Below are positions 16,578-17,570 of a DNA stretch of 17,570 bases, in pieces. Source of the DNA: Chthonomonadales bacterium (GTDB lineage Bacteria; Armatimonadota; Chthonomonadetes; Chthonomonadales; CAJBBX01); the NCBI GenBank assembly GCA_049967475.1, contig JBMFSQ010000045.1, forward strand, positions 1-17,570, read 5' to 3'. The notes under the pieces are model-generated. The model was given only the letters and a program-made list of their open reading frames with translations. It was not told the DNA's origin and ran no database searches. How positions within the stretch are numbered: position 1 is the first letter of the stretch; every line of letters starts with the position of its first letter. A program made the position numbers and the translations under genes.

Positions 16578-16592
16578 TGGAGGACGGAACAG

Positions 16593-16901
16593 ATGACTAA
16601 ATCTCTGCTGATTGCCGGCGCTTTAGCCGTTTTGGGCATATCTGCCCTCGCCGGGCCGAACAAGGGGAAAGCGAAGAAAGCGCCCGAACCTGCTACGATC
16701 AAGTGCGCCGTCATGACGGGCCGCGACGTCAACATCAAGGCGGCTACTGCCCACCATCTCTATGCAGATTACAAGGGGCGCCGGTACTTCTTCTGTTGTG
16801 GAGCGTGCCCTACCGCCTTCAAGCAGGATCCTGCGAAGTACGCAAAGAATGCCTCGATCCCCACACCCAAAGGCGCGAAGAGCGGCAGTTCCAAGAGCTG
16901 A
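16593..16901 (+). CDS. Secreted YHS-domain protein, putative metal binder
   Basis: Signal peptide MTKSLLIAGALAVLGISALA; YHS-like KCAVMTG...DYKGRRYFFCCGACPTAFKQDPAKY; SD GGAGG at 16579-16583. Confidence 0.85.
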   Translation: MTKSLLIAGALAVLGISALAGPNKGKAKKAPEPATIKCAVMTGRDVNIKAATAHHLYADYKGRRYFFCCGACPTAFKQDPAKYAKNASIPTPKGAKSGSSKS

Positions 16902-16934
16902 AGGATCGGCGTATGGTGTTGAACCAGGCGCTTT

Positions 16935-16961
16935 AAGGGAGCGGCGGCAAGCCGCTCCCTT
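16935..16961. terminator. Perfect 11-bp hairpin between convergent genes, possible bidirectional terminator
   Basis: AAGGGAGCGGC-GGCAA-GCCGCTCCCTT. U-tails are short on both strands. Confidence 0.55.
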
Positions 16962-17110
16962 CGCATTGGTACGGCGCTTTCATGAAGCTTGACTTGACGG
17001 TTTTGGCCCCGGAGTGTACCGCCTCCTCCTTGTGCTATGCTTCGGCCAAGGAGGTGCACGCGCTTTTTTTCGGCGGAAGGCCCTGGGTTTGAGCTACGCT
17101 ATCGGGAAGG

Positions 17111-17570
17111 CTACTCCTCGGAGTCCTGTACCTCTTCCTCGCCGGCGAGATCGTCGGGACCGAGTTCCTGAGTGTCCTCGGGTACGCCATTTTGTTGGAT
17201 ATGGGCCTTGTACGAAGCGTCGTAGCGGTGAAGGTCCCACATGGTGATCCATGTGCGGATGAGCGACCGAACCGTTCCCGAGCCGGGGTGTTCAGGGCCG
17301 ATGGGTTCTGTGCCATATGCCTCCTTATACAAGTTCCGGATCTGGCCCATTAACATCGTGAGGTAATCGTCATCCGGTTTTGGGAAGGATTCATGCCGTT
17401 TGAGAATGGCAGCGCCCTTGGCGGCAGGGTCCTTGTTGGGAAGTCCTTCCGTGTCGGCCCTGACGCACCCTTGAACGAATTCGGTGGTCGTGGTGAATAC
17501 AGGCAGGATGCAGGATCCTGTCGCACCGGCGACATCCTTCCACCAAGCGATAGCGGAGTAAGCAGCCAGC
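17111..17570 (-). CDS. 3' end of a gene truncated by the window edge; possible BrxD/DUF2791-like P-loop ATPase
   Basis: Translated by hand, the frame of track ORF 17111..17356 has no stop up to the window end: ...LAAYSAIAWWKDVAGATGSCILPVFTTTTEFVQGCV...DDDYLTMLMGQIRNLYKEAYG...VRSLIRTWITMWDLHRY...EEEVQDSEE. The family call is a tentative recollection. Confidence 0.55.
   Translation of the reverse strand, partial: LAAYSAIAWWKDVAGATGSCILPVFTTTTEFVQGCVRADTEGLPNKDPAAKGAAILKRHESFPKPDDDYLTMLMGQIRNLYKEAYGTEPIGPEHPGSGTVRSLIRTWITMWDLHRYDASYKAHIQQNGVPEDTQELGPDDLAGEEEVQDSEE

Noticed and set aside
16465..16592. 6S RNA, suggested by the rod shape and proximity to rny/ymdB
   Set aside because: At about 100 nt with small internal loops it is much shorter than typical 6S RNAs and lacks the large central bubble. 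It is kept only as an unassigned structure.
1..17570. tRNA, rRNA, CRISPR array, transposase or integrase
   Set aside because: None was recognisable by eye. Intergenic regions are short and show no cloverleaf or periodic repeats.

Overview
GC-rich bacterial chromosomal window made mostly of core genes. Gene content and protein style suggest an Armatimonadota-like organism (inference only). Left to right: panD; an orphan REC-ANTAR response regulator; a Cof-type HAD phosphatase; a secreted TrbI/VirB10-like plus copper-amine-oxidase-N (stalk) domain protein; a partial his operon (hisD-hisB-[membrane PH-like ORF]-hisH-hisA) followed by two paralogous PspB-like membrane/coiled-coil proteins; mtaB on the minus strand; a divergent cinA-thpR-recA-recX-rny-ymdB cluster; a secreted PKD protein; a secreted YHS protein; and the 3' end of a minus-strand gene that runs off the window, possibly a BrxD/DUF2791-like ATPase. 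I found no tRNA, rRNA, CRISPR array or transposase. The best leads are the tandem PspB-like pair with a shared LRDTATxYDLSFD motif, structured leaders upstream of panD, rny and the YHS gene, an ECF-type promoter, and the truncated gene at the right edge. All domain calls and RNA folds were made by eye and none has been checked computationally.
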